IMG/VR virus record: IMGVR_UViG_3300037264_009246
Coordinates: 1-54,970 of that record
Direction: 5' to 3' (one strand)
Source of the DNA: a virus
Taxonomy: Duplodnaviria > Caudoviricetes
DNA: 54,970 nt
Below are positions 1 to 8,637 of the stretch, piece by piece; within the stretch, counting starts at the first letter, position 1, and the number at the start of each line of letters is the position of its first letter. A program made the translations under genes and the position numbers. The notes below the pieces were generated by a model that was not told the origin of the DNA, did no database searches, and was given only the letters and a program-made list of their open reading frames with translations.

Positions 1-127
1 AAGCTGACAAAGTACGGCACAATGATCATAATTGGTTTTGCCGACCCGGTTGAAGAACCCAAGATCGATGCGATACTTGCGAAAGTGAAAGGCGTAGATT
101 ATCCTATCTGGCCTTTCGGAGAGCAGA
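1..127. repeat. Terminal direct repeat (circular-assembly overlap), copy 1
   Basis: 1-127 is identical to 54844-54970. The ORF starting at 54481 continues in frame through it. Confidence 0.95.
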
Positions 128-306
128 TGTCAGAAACAGACTGGCATGTGTACGAGCTTCCTGCACCTATCATAGTCGAGAAAGAACAGGAGATCTATTT
201 CCAGGCACTTGCAGGCAGGGCAGGTCTTGACAAACTCAGACCCCTTGGTGTTTTCTTCTCCAAAGGCGATTACATGAGAAGCAAGACTGCATACGCCCAG
301 GTCTGA
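1..306 (+). CDS. 3' part of the junction-spanning candidate capsid protein
   Basis: Frame continuous with the 54481 ORF; ends ...DKLRPLGVFFSKGDYMRSKTAYAQV. Confidence 0.55.
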   Translation, partial: KLTKYGTMIIIGFADPVEEPKIDAILAKVKGVDYPIWPFGEQMSETDWHVYELPAPIIVEKEQEIYFQALAGRAGLDKLRPLGVFFSKGDYMRSKTAYAQV

Positions 307-346
307 ACGTGACAAACTCCCTTAACACAACAGCAGAGGAGAGAAA

Positions 347-1036
347 ATGGACGTAAGCAATATCAGTGAACGGTTCCTGAAAGAGAACCAGCTCCTTGGT
401 CTTGGGTTTCCAGGCCAGGGATTCGTTTTTTTCAGGTGTACCGGACTTGAAGAAGTATTTTACGAGTACAACGAATCCCCGGCGGCGGTTGCGGCTGATA
501 CTTTTGAGGACGCTTCGCGTCTCGGTATCGCAGCGTATAAGATCGATAACCTGCTCAGGGTTGAGAAATGCGATCACATCTATCAGGTATTCATGGGATG
601 GAAGCCCGGCGCTGTCAGGCAGTACCTCTACTACCCATACGAGACTGCAAGACGCAACCTTGACGTAAAGAGGATATACACAAAATCGCCGTTCGGATAC
701 ATTGACGGGTTTGAATCCCCGTATGATAAACCGAGTGCGGAAACCGAGATGTTCATTCCCAAGGACGTTGAGGTGGCTTTTGCCTGGTGGAACCCGCTTA
801 GCGAAGCAGTGACAGTCGAACAACATATCCTTATCCGCAGGCTTGAAGTCGATGTACTCAGGGATGCAGATCTGGTAGAACGGATCATGAAAGGACAGCA
901 GCCATGCAGGATAACGACCCAGGGCGGTGTAGGGGATTCGTTCAATTATCCCGCAAGGGATAAACTTGATATTGGGTTCGTGAAGCTTGGATCTTCGCGG
1001 TCTGAAATTGAATCTGCTATTGCCAAGGGTGGATGA
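347..1036 (+). CDS. Putative second virion/capsid protein (229 aa)
   Basis: GAGGAG RBS; follows the candidate capsid gene; beta-rich and of similar size. Confidence 0.45.
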   Translation: MDVSNISERFLKENQLLGLGFPGQGFVFFRCTGLEEVFYEYNESPAAVAADTFEDASRLGIAAYKIDNLLRVEKCDHIYQVFMGWKPGAVRQYLYYPYETARRNLDVKRIYTKSPFGYIDGFESPYDKPSAETEMFIPKDVEVAFAWWNPLSEAVTVEQHILIRRLEVDVLRDADLVERIMKGQQPCRITTQGGVGDSFNYPARDKLDIGFVKLGSSRSEIESAIAKGG

Positions 1037-1083
1037 ATTACGCACATACATACATGAATTGAATTAAGAAAATGGAGGACTAA

Positions 1084-1500
1084 ATGCCAAAAAATCAGGA
1101 TATAAAATCAGTAAGTAAGCGACTTGCAGGCAAAAGCTCTCATGTCGTGTTCGGCTCATCTGTTGCAGCAGGCATGAAACGATATGTTACAATGATCAGA
1201 GTCGCTCAGGACCAATCGACTGCAGGAAAGAGCAGCAAAGTGGTATTTACGAGCACGGCAGCTTCAAACACTGCAAGCTCAACAGGAGCAGCATCCACAG
1301 CGATGAAACTCCGTGTGACGATACAATCTGCGCTTGCCACATCCCCTTTCCAGAAAAAGGTAGTACAGATTCCGCAGCAACCAGATACCGAAAATCACCT
1401 GTTCACGATAGCAGCAAGCAAGTGGTTCGGAGCATATCTGGGATCAGTAGCCGGAGCATCAAGCCCTGTGAATGTTTTCGCACAGTGGTACGATCAGTGA
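1084..1500 (+). CDS. Ser/Thr/Ala-rich putative virion protein, paralog 1
   Basis: Shares DIK(S/T), AGMKRYVT, LF(T/S)xAAS and Q(W/Y)YD motifs with the next two ORFs. Confidence 0.7.
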   Translation: MPKNQDIKSVSKRLAGKSSHVVFGSSVAAGMKRYVTMIRVAQDQSTAGKSSKVVFTSTAASNTASSTGAASTAMKLRVTIQSALATSPFQKKVVQIPQQPDTENHLFTIAASKWFGAYLGSVAGASSPVNVFAQWYDQ

Positions 1501-1509
1501 GGTGACACG

Positions 1510-1923
1510 ATGGCATCAGGAAAGAATTTTGATATAAAAACGGTCGCAAAGACCATGACGAAAGGAACAAGGGCCGTAATAGGGTCATCTGTGGCAGCAG
1601 GCATGAAGAGATATGTTACCTTCGTGCGGGTTGAAAAGGCAGCCACTAACCAGAAAGGCCAGGGCGCAAAGGTAATATTCGCAAGCGGTGCAGCATCAAA
1701 TACAGCATCTACGCTTACGTTAGCCTCTGCAGTACAGAAACTCCAGGTAGTATTAACATCTGCGCCGACAGCAGATGCATCTGAAGCCCAGATCCCGCAA
1801 AAGATAAACACAGAGCATCCACTGTTCACAATTGCAGCAAGCAAATGGTTCACAGCATTCTGTGCATCAGCAGCGACTTTCTCATCGCCAGTGAATGTGT
1901 TAGCACAGTACTATGACCAGTAA
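1510..1923 (+). CDS. Ser/Thr/Ala-rich putative virion protein, paralog 2
   Basis: Same motifs; GAGGTGA RBS. Confidence 0.7.
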   Translation: MASGKNFDIKTVAKTMTKGTRAVIGSSVAAGMKRYVTFVRVEKAATNQKGQGAKVIFASGAASNTASTLTLASAVQKLQVVLTSAPTADASEAQIPQKINTEHPLFTIAASKWFTAFCASAATFSSPVNVLAQYYDQ

Positions 1924-1933
1924 GGAGGTTTAA

Positions 1934-2308
1934 ATGGGCCAAGTAAAGAACTACGACATAAAAACGATGTCTAAGCTCATTGCCACGGCGGTAGCCACAC
2001 TCGGTCTTGGAGCAGTACCGGCAGGGATGAAAAGATACGTCACCCTGGCAAGAGTGAACAACGTTGCAGGTCAGCAGAACGTATTGTACATTGCATCTGC
2101 AGCGAACAGCGCCAACACAAGCACGGTTGCACTTGCAAGCGCAACACAGAAATACTCAGTACAGCTCCCGGCTGACGGCGTTGATCAGTTCCCGAACAGC
2201 GTACCCGATCCAGACCGTCCACTGTTCAGTTTTGCGGCGAGCAGCTACGTAAATATGAAGACCTCAAAAGGCAGTGCGCGGGTCTTCATGCAATACTACG
2301 ATATGTGA
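1934..2308 (+). CDS. Ser/Thr/Ala-rich putative virion protein, paralog 3
   Basis: Same motifs; GGAGG RBS. Confidence 0.7.
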   Translation: MGQVKNYDIKTMSKLIATAVATLGLGAVPAGMKRYVTLARVNNVAGQQNVLYIASAANSANTSTVALASATQKYSVQLPADGVDQFPNSVPDPDRPLFSFAASSYVNMKTSKGSARVFMQYYDM

Positions 2309-2309
2309 T

Positions 2310-2342
2310 CCCCTGAAACAATCAGGGGTTTACCTTTTTTTA
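2310..2342 (+). terminator. Hairpin plus T-tract terminator
   Basis: CCCCTGA-aacaa-TCAGGGG followed by a T run, just after the paralog-3 stop. Confidence 0.6.
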
Positions 2343-2389
2343 TTGTTGAGTATCATAATTAGTATCGAATAGTATATCTTATTGAAAAT

Positions 2390-2412
2390 GGTATATACCT
2401 GTGGTATATACC
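2390..2412. promoter_or_regulatory. Tandem palindromes GGTATATACC x2, candidate operator of the sugar operon
   Basis: Perfect 10-bp palindromes at 2390-2399 and 2403-2412, 17 bp before the ATG at 2430. Confidence 0.45.
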
Positions 2413-2429
2413 CAAAGAGGGATTTTTAA

Positions 2430-3539
2430 ATGGCGGCAAAAAAAAGCAGCAACCACGTAATAAAAAATGTAGCTGATGAGGACTGGAAAGAATTTATAAA
2501 CAATATAAAATCGCATAACAAGCAGTTCCCGGATAATAAAGTTACAGTGCGTACATTTTTCAAGCTATTGAACACATACTCACCGATGGTTCGCTCGTTA
2601 ATGGTCCTTGACCCGAACGATTCTGATGTACAGCAGCTCGGGGTTAATACTGCACTTCATCTCGCTCCTCTTTGGGTTAAGAACATAGCTGATAACCTTG
2701 AACGTATAAAGCGGGAGCATGATATAAGAGAACTGAGAAATATACATGCTGGAAAAACCGCTATAGTCATAGGCGCAGGACCGTCTCTGTATGACAATGC
2801 TTCATATACAGACCACCTTAAACTTATCTCAGAGTACAGGGACCGTTTCGATGGGGTGATACTTATAGCTGACAGGGTACTTGAACCCTGCCTGAAATGG
2901 GGTATCGGGGATTTTACCTGTGTGGTGGACGGCAGTGAAAAGATATATCAGTTTTTTGATAACGATACGCTCAGGCAGTATAACAACTGCCAGGCTAAAT
3001 TACACGATATGAAAGGGATTTTTGCCACCAGCACACATAAAAAAGTAGTCGATGCCTGGTCAAACGGCATATATTTCTTCGTTCCATCAATCCCGCAGGA
3101 GATACTTCCTAATGCGACATCTCTAATGGCTGATTTTACAGGAAATTCGGATATTAATGCAGGAGGGAACTGTGGGATGCTTGCGTGGAACATGGCTGCA
3201 TTTATGGGCTGCAAAGAGATAGCGATGGTCGGTATGGATATGAGCTATAAAATTAACACGCCGATAGAACAAACCCAAGCCTATGGTCAGTATCTCAGGT
3301 CTATCGGAAAAGAAAGGGTGCACGAAGCGTTCAGAGAGGGCAGACACCCGTTTTTTAAGACACCCTACAGAATAGATAATATATACCAGACATTCAAAAC
3401 TACAGCCCTTATCTGGATTAAAGCATTTAGAGAAAGGGGAACATGCGTAACGTACAACTGCACTGAAGGCGGCGCCCTGCACGGTAAGGGTATTGAGTAT
3501 ATGTATCTGAAAGAATTTTTAGAATCGAGATGCAGATAG
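2430..3539 (+). CDS. Maf/DUF115-family protein, putative nonulosonate glycosyltransferase
   Basis: AIVIGAGPSL, GMDMSY and YNCTEGG motifs; heads a NulO cluster. Confidence 0.75.
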   Translation: MAAKKSSNHVIKNVADEDWKEFINNIKSHNKQFPDNKVTVRTFFKLLNTYSPMVRSLMVLDPNDSDVQQLGVNTALHLAPLWVKNIADNLERIKREHDIRELRNIHAGKTAIVIGAGPSLYDNASYTDHLKLISEYRDRFDGVILIADRVLEPCLKWGIGDFTCVVDGSEKIYQFFDNDTLRQYNNCQAKLHDMKGIFATSTHKKVVDAWSNGIYFFVPSIPQEILPNATSLMADFTGNSDINAGGNCGMLAWNMAAFMGCKEIAMVGMDMSYKINTPIEQTQAYGQYLRSIGKERVHEAFREGRHPFFKTPYRIDNIYQTFKTTALIWIKAFRERGTCVTYNCTEGGALHGKGIEYMYLKEFLESRCR

Positions 3540-3548
3540 GGGAATTTT

Positions 3549-4520
3549 ATGGAATCAGAGAAGATCCCATTTCACAGACCGATGCAGTTACCCGGTGATG
3601 AACTGGAAAAAGTGATAAATAAAATTGATGACTGCATGACAACCGGGATGATATCGAACAAAAAGAACGTCAGAGATCTCGAGCAAACAATAGCAGACCG
3701 ATATGATGTCGGGCACGCTATAGCCACATCATCAGCATCCCAGGGACTCCTGATCGCGTTGCAGGCTTTGTACAGGGTACATCCAGTACCGGCAAATTCT
3801 GTAATAACCCCTGCATTTGCGTGGTACAGCTCAAAGTACGCAATAGAATCAGCAGGGAAAACATGCGTTTTCGTTGATATTGATCCTGACACATGGACAA
3901 TGCAACATGGAAAGTACAGGATGGTTATGCCTGTTCACACTTTCGGTAATGTCTGTGAGATAGAAAGTGACTATAAAATATATGACGGGGCACACAGTCT
4001 TGGATCCAGAATAAAGGATTTTGGTGATGCCACAGTTCTCAGCCTGGCACCAACGAAGATCATAACGAGCATAGAAGGCGGCATGATCTTAACTGACGAT
4101 TTTGATCTGGCTGACAGGATAACAGCAATAAGGGATAAAGTGTCAAGGATGAGTGAAATTCATGCAATATTCGGGCTTGCATACCTGACGCACATCGATG
4201 AAGTGATGAAATTCAAGCAACAGGTATTCAATTATTACAGCAAGAACCTTAAAGGCATATTCCAGAAAACAGACCGGCACAGCAACCACAACACAATAGG
4301 GATGCTCACAGATCTCAAGATACCTGACTGTATTGAAACCAAGAAATATTATGAACCCATGAGTGAAAGCAGGATAGGACTTCTGCAAAATACCAGACTG
4401 GTTTATGACACGATTGTTTGCCTGCCATCATATTTTGACTGCCCGTATGAGCAGATAGTTGGTATTATAAACAACTTCAACAGGGTATATGGCTGCGGTA
4501 CTCCCGATGGAGGTAATTAG
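3549..4520 (+). CDS. DegT/DnrJ/EryC1/StrS PLP-dependent sugar aminotransferase
   Basis: VFVDIDP, PVHTFG, DGAHSLG and SLAPTKIITSIEGG (PLP Lys) motifs. Confidence 0.9.
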   Translation: MESEKIPFHRPMQLPGDELEKVINKIDDCMTTGMISNKKNVRDLEQTIADRYDVGHAIATSSASQGLLIALQALYRVHPVPANSVITPAFAWYSSKYAIESAGKTCVFVDIDPDTWTMQHGKYRMVMPVHTFGNVCEIESDYKIYDGAHSLGSRIKDFGDATVLSLAPTKIITSIEGGMILTDDFDLADRITAIRDKVSRMSEIHAIFGLAYLTHIDEVMKFKQQVFNYYSKNLKGIFQKTDRHSNHNTIGMLTDLKIPDCIETKKYYEPMSESRIGLLQNTRLVYDTIVCLPSYFDCPYEQIVGIINNFNRVYGCGTPDGGN

Positions 4521-4521
4521 C

Positions 4522-5244
4522 ATGGTATTCATAGCTGCTGAGATAGGTGTTAATTTCAGGAAAATGAGTGAAGCAAAAAGGATGATTGGTCTTGCTAAAG
4601 ATGCAGGCGCAGACGGGGTAAAGTTCCAGGTGTTTCAGGAAAGTCATATAAAAGGTCATCCAAGGGAAAAAGAGCTTCTTAACTTGATCCATAAACAGCA
4701 GTATTTCCAGTTCCTTAAAAATACGGCTGATGAATGTGGTATTGAGTTTTTCGCAACTCCAATGTACCCTGAAGCTGTGGATATGCTTGAAGCTGTTGGA
4801 GTGAAAAGGTACAAAATACGGTATGCAGACAGATGTAATAATAATTTAATAAATGCCGTACTTAAAACAAACAAGAAAATCTTATTATCATGCGATAAAG
4901 CATATTTAGAGCACTTAATGTATGAAAAAAAGCCAGAAGTGCAATTTAATCCAGCCAGGATACATTATATTTATTGCATACCCAAATACCCACCATCACT
5001 CGAAGAAATAGCATTCCCGGCTGATTTTGGAGATAGTTTATTTAATGGATACAGCAACCATTACCCATCAATCAGCGTACCGCTGGCTGCCACAGCGCGG
5101 GGAGCAAACTACATTGAGGTCCATGTTAAGCAGGATAAATATCCTAAAGACTACAGGCCAATAGACGATGTTGTATCAATCACATTTTCAGAACTCAAAG
5201 AACTTGTCAGATTAACCAGGGAGATTGAAAAGGTGATACTTTGA
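4522..5244 (+). CDS. neuB: Nonulosonic acid synthase (NeuB/LegI/PseI family), no C-terminal SAF domain
   Basis: FIAAEIGVN, AGADGVKFQ, GYSNH and IEVH motifs; start reset to ATG 4522 after GGAGGT. Confidence 0.85.
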   Translation: MVFIAAEIGVNFRKMSEAKRMIGLAKDAGADGVKFQVFQESHIKGHPREKELLNLIHKQQYFQFLKNTADECGIEFFATPMYPEAVDMLEAVGVKRYKIRYADRCNNNLINAVLKTNKKILLSCDKAYLEHLMYEKKPEVQFNPARIHYIYCIPKYPPSLEEIAFPADFGDSLFNGYSNHYPSISVPLAATARGANYIEVHVKQDKYPKDYRPIDDVVSITFSELKELVRLTREIEKVIL

Positions 5245-6047
5245 CAACGTTCCTGATCACCGGCGGCGCCGGATCACTCGGCAGGCAGATAGTTCAGAGA
5301 TTACCGAACAGTACTGTGAGGGTACTTGATATTGATGAAGCCGGTTTATCCGATCTTAAAGAAATGTACCCGGATACCAGGACTCTTTATGGGGATATCC
5401 GGGACCTTAGCCGTGTCATGCTGGCAATGAAAGGGGTTGATGTATGCGTTCACACCGCTGCCATGAAGAACATAAACGTGACTGAGTATAACGTTCCCGA
5501 GCTGATAAACACCAACGTAACCGGCACGCAGAATCTCGTATTATCAGCAATCGAACAGGGGGTTAGGCATTTCATATTTGTTAGCAGTGATAAAGCAGTG
5601 CATCCCACTACAGCTTATGGCGCTACAAAGCTCATGGGAGAAAATATCATAAAGTGGGCCGGGAAGATCCAGAATAAAACCAAATTCACGATAATTCGCC
5701 CTGGTAATTTCTGGCATAGTAAGGGTAATGTGTTCGAGGTATGGGAGAAACAGATGAAACAGGGCAAACCGCTTACGCTTACAAACAATATGATGATCCG
5801 TCATTTTATCGAAACCGAAAAAGTTGCTATTATGATTATTGGGCTTGTTGGGGCAACCCAGTTCGGGCATACCACAATTATTCCAGCTATGAAAACATAT
5901 TGTATAGCTGAAGAATTGAAGAAAAGGTATCCCGGAGCTGAGATAACAATCACCGGCAGGAGGGATGGTGAAAAGGATATTGAGAAACTGTGGGCTGACA
6001 GTGAGAAAGCAGTTGATAATGGAGATTTCTGGGAGGTAAAATGGTAG
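5241..6047 (+). CDS. NDP-GlcNAc 4,6-dehydratase (PseB/CapD-like SDR)
   Basis: TGGAGSLG, SSDKAVHP, YGATK and GRRDGEK motifs. Confidence 0.85.
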   Translation: MTTFLITGGAGSLGRQIVQRLPNSTVRVLDIDEAGLSDLKEMYPDTRTLYGDIRDLSRVMLAMKGVDVCVHTAAMKNINVTEYNVPELINTNVTGTQNLVLSAIEQGVRHFIFVSSDKAVHPTTAYGATKLMGENIIKWAGKIQNKTKFTIIRPGNFWHSKGNVFEVWEKQMKQGKPLTLTNNMMIRHFIETEKVAIMIIGLVGATQFGHTTIIPAMKTYCIAEELKKRYPGAEITITGRRDGEKDIEKLWADSEKAVDNGDFWEVKW

Positions 6048-6661
6048 AAAGATTTGGTAATGTTCTTGCGATCATCCCGGCACGCAGGGAATCAAAGAGG
6101 CTGCCAGGTAAGAATAAGATGATGTTAAGTGTTGGTGGGCTTCCATTATGGGGAAATACAGTAGATATAGCCCTGAATGCTGGGATTAACAATATCGCGG
6201 TATCAACTGATGATAACGAGATTTTAGATAAGATAGAATTATTATTTCCAAAGTCAAATATTTTAGGATTAAAGAGATCTCCTGAAATGTCTGATGATGA
6301 TGCTTCAACAGAGGACGTAATACGTGAAGTAATGCAGCAGGTAGCACACCAGGAACTTAAATATGACACGATCTGCCTGTTACAGCCCACAAGTCCCACC
6401 CTTCAACCATCAACGCTTAAACATGCCATACACCAATATTATAGCAACAAATATCCCTGTCTTGTAGCTGTAAATCCTGATTTTAAACCCTGTGGGGCAT
6501 TCTATATTTTTAACAGGGATAGTTTTTACCAAAATTCAAATATCTGGATGCCCGGAATGGCTGTATATACAGTTGATGAAAAAGAGTCTGTTGATATTGA
6601 CCATATATGGGATTTCAGGATAGCGGAAGCGGTAATGGATGGACTGGTGATAAAGAAATGA
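6041..6661 (+). CDS. neuA: Acylneuraminate cytidylyltransferase (CMP-NulO synthetase)
   Basis: IIPARRESKRLPGKN, VSTDD, LLQPTSP and DID motifs. Confidence 0.9.
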   Translation: MVERFGNVLAIIPARRESKRLPGKNKMMLSVGGLPLWGNTVDIALNAGINNIAVSTDDNEILDKIELLFPKSNILGLKRSPEMSDDDASTEDVIREVMQQVAHQELKYDTICLLQPTSPTLQPSTLKHAIHQYYSNKYPCLVAVNPDFKPCGAFYIFNRDSFYQNSNIWMPGMAVYTVDEKESVDIDHIWDFRIAEAVMDGLVIKK

Positions 6662-7587
6662 TCGGGATATTATCTTCATGCAGCTCTGAGCAGCATCTTA
6701 TAGAGCCGGTGATCGATGAGCTGAATAAACTTGACATGGATCCCTGGATAATCGGGATACCTCAGAATGACATAACAGGATCTTACAATAAGGTAAACAG
6801 TACATTGAATGACGGCACCGGGTATCCAGATGTTAAATTCATCCTGGCTGTTGCAGACAGGCCTGAGCAGATGGGCGGCGTACTTGCTGCGTTTCATAAC
6901 AGGATCCCGGTAGGACATCTCTATGCCGGTGATCAAAATACTGTAGCCACGTTTGACGATATCCACAGGCACGCAATAACCCTGTATTCACAGATACAGT
7001 TCTGCTCATGTGATGAATCAACTGCAAATGTTCGCAGGATGATGATGGGGGCAGGTCTTGCATCAAACGCGCATACAGTCGGTGCAACACACTTTGACAG
7101 CATTAATCCGGAAGTGATAAAAAACAAGTACCGTGACCGTAAATTCAACTTCCCGAATGAGAAAGGTGGGTTCGTACTGGTATCAATAAATTCAGAAACG
7201 TATGGGGATGATAAAAGGCTGATAGCTGAAGTCCTTGACAAAGCATCTTTCTATAAAAGCCACAAATTCGTTCAGGTCCGGGGAAACGGAGATGACCACG
7301 TAGATAATACTATTTTCACAAGGATCGAGACTGAATCAGTAGATGTGATTTATCTTGACAGGTGCGAGCATGACCTGTATCTCTATCTCATGATGAACTG
7401 CTGTGTGTTCATAACAAATAGCTCTGCCGCGATTTATGAGGCCACACAGCTTCTCCGGGCAGATCAGATCGTTATGGTCGGGTTGAGGAATAAAGGAAGA
7501 ACACCTGTGCCAATTTTTGCTCATGACGGGCAGGCATCAAACAGGATAGCGAATTTAATAAAGGGATTTTTAGATGAAACGCTCTGA
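6658..7587 (+). CDS. neuC: Hydrolysing NDP-sugar 2-epimerase (NeuC/LegG-like)
   Basis: DRPE, HLYAGD, DDIHRHAIT and ITNSS motifs; ATG overlaps the neuA stop (ATGA). Confidence 0.75.
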   Translation: MIGILSSCSSEQHLIEPVIDELNKLDMDPWIIGIPQNDITGSYNKVNSTLNDGTGYPDVKFILAVADRPEQMGGVLAAFHNRIPVGHLYAGDQNTVATFDDIHRHAITLYSQIQFCSCDESTANVRRMMMGAGLASNAHTVGATHFDSINPEVIKNKYRDRKFNFPNEKGGFVLVSINSETYGDDKRLIAEVLDKASFYKSHKFVQVRGNGDDHVDNTIFTRIETESVDVIYLDRCEHDLYLYLMMNCCVFITNSSAAIYEATQLLRADQIVMVGLRNKGRTPVPIFAHDGQASNRIANLIKGFLDETL

Positions 7588-7972
7588 CCACTGGAAAAAT
7601 AATTGGAAGCAGCCTGTAATAGTGCACATGAAACCTACTGAATGGGGCTGGATTGTTCAATATCCTGACCTTTTCAAGTTAGGCAAATACACTGATATCG
7701 GTTTCGGAACTTATATCAATGCAAGGCATGGTGTAGTTATCGAGGATGATGTGCAGATAGGATCGCACGTTTCAATTTACAGTGAGAACTCAATAGATGA
7801 TACCTGGGGTCTTATCGTATTGAAGAAAGGATGCAAGATCGGATCACACAGCGTCATTCTTCCCGGAGTGGTTATAGGTGAGAACGCTAAAGTTGGTGCT
7901 TTCAGCCTGGTAAAAGAGGATGTACCTGCCGGGGCAACTGCTGTTGGGATACCTGTGAGATTAGTACATTAA
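7574..7972 (+). CDS. Hexapeptide-repeat (left-handed beta-helix) acetyltransferase
   Basis: IEDDVQIG, KIGSHSVILPGVVIGENAKVGA and VGIP motifs. Confidence 0.9.
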   Translation: MKRSDHWKNNWKQPVIVHMKPTEWGWIVQYPDLFKLGKYTDIGFGTYINARHGVVIEDDVQIGSHVSIYSENSIDDTWGLIVLKKGCKIGSHSVILPGVVIGENAKVGAFSLVKEDVPAGATAVGIPVRLVH

Positions 7973-8158
7973 TCTAATATCTTGAATGTCTGCACCGGGG
8001 TTCTATTATCCGAATTTCCACCCCTTTTTCTCCATACGTTCTCTCCACTCACTTAGCACAAGTACCGATGATAACATATAAGCATAAAACAAAATTAATA
8101 CTATGATTTCTATAATCAGTATTATAAAATATATAGTATTCTGATTCATTTATTTCAC

Positions 8159-8515
8159 CTACTCATAAACAATTTCAAATAGCCGAACTGGTGTTTCATA
8201 CGACTTGATTAACGAGGCATACGCTAATTTTTCAAGTTTACCTATTACCTCCTCAGTCAATCCAATGTCAAGTTTTCTGAGTTCACTGGCATAATTTTCT
8301 GCCATTGACCTTATTTCCGACTCTTTAATTTTTATCATTTGTTTATCACCTTTATTGATTAAATCCATCAACACAACCGCAAAGGTTTTCTCGTAAACAT
8401 TTTCGCCAATATCAGGTCTATGTATCCTGAGTTTTTTAAGTGCCTCATATATCTTTTTGGGGATTTTAATTGTAATGTATTCTAAGTTTTCACCCATACA
8501 TGTAATACATAACAC
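8159..8515 (-). CDS. Hypothetical protein with an RHH-like N-terminus
   Basis: ITIKIPKKIYEALKKL; AT-rich; opposite strand to its neighbours. Confidence 0.5.
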   Translation of the reverse strand: MLCITCMGENLEYITIKIPKKIYEALKKLRIHRPDIGENVYEKTFAVVLMDLINKGDKQMIKIKESEIRSMAENYASELRKLDIGLTEEVIGKLEKLAYASLIKSYETPVRLFEIVYE

Positions 8516-8637
8516 TAATATGGTATAAATAATTCACTGTAGGCGAGAATGCTGTTGTCGGGATACCTGCAAAGGTAAAATATCCCATCTCTTGATATAG
8601 ATATATTTTTGTATTAATCAGTCAATAATAGTGTTAC

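Noticed and set aside
1-127. Terminal repeat as a biological DTR of a linear genome
   Set aside because: It is exactly 127 bp, a common assembler k-mer size, and falls mid-gene. Best explained as circular overlap.
236-1051. Long antisense ORF (and similar shadow ORFs across the window)
   Set aside because: They overlap better-supported genes with RBSs on the opposite strand and show no motifs.
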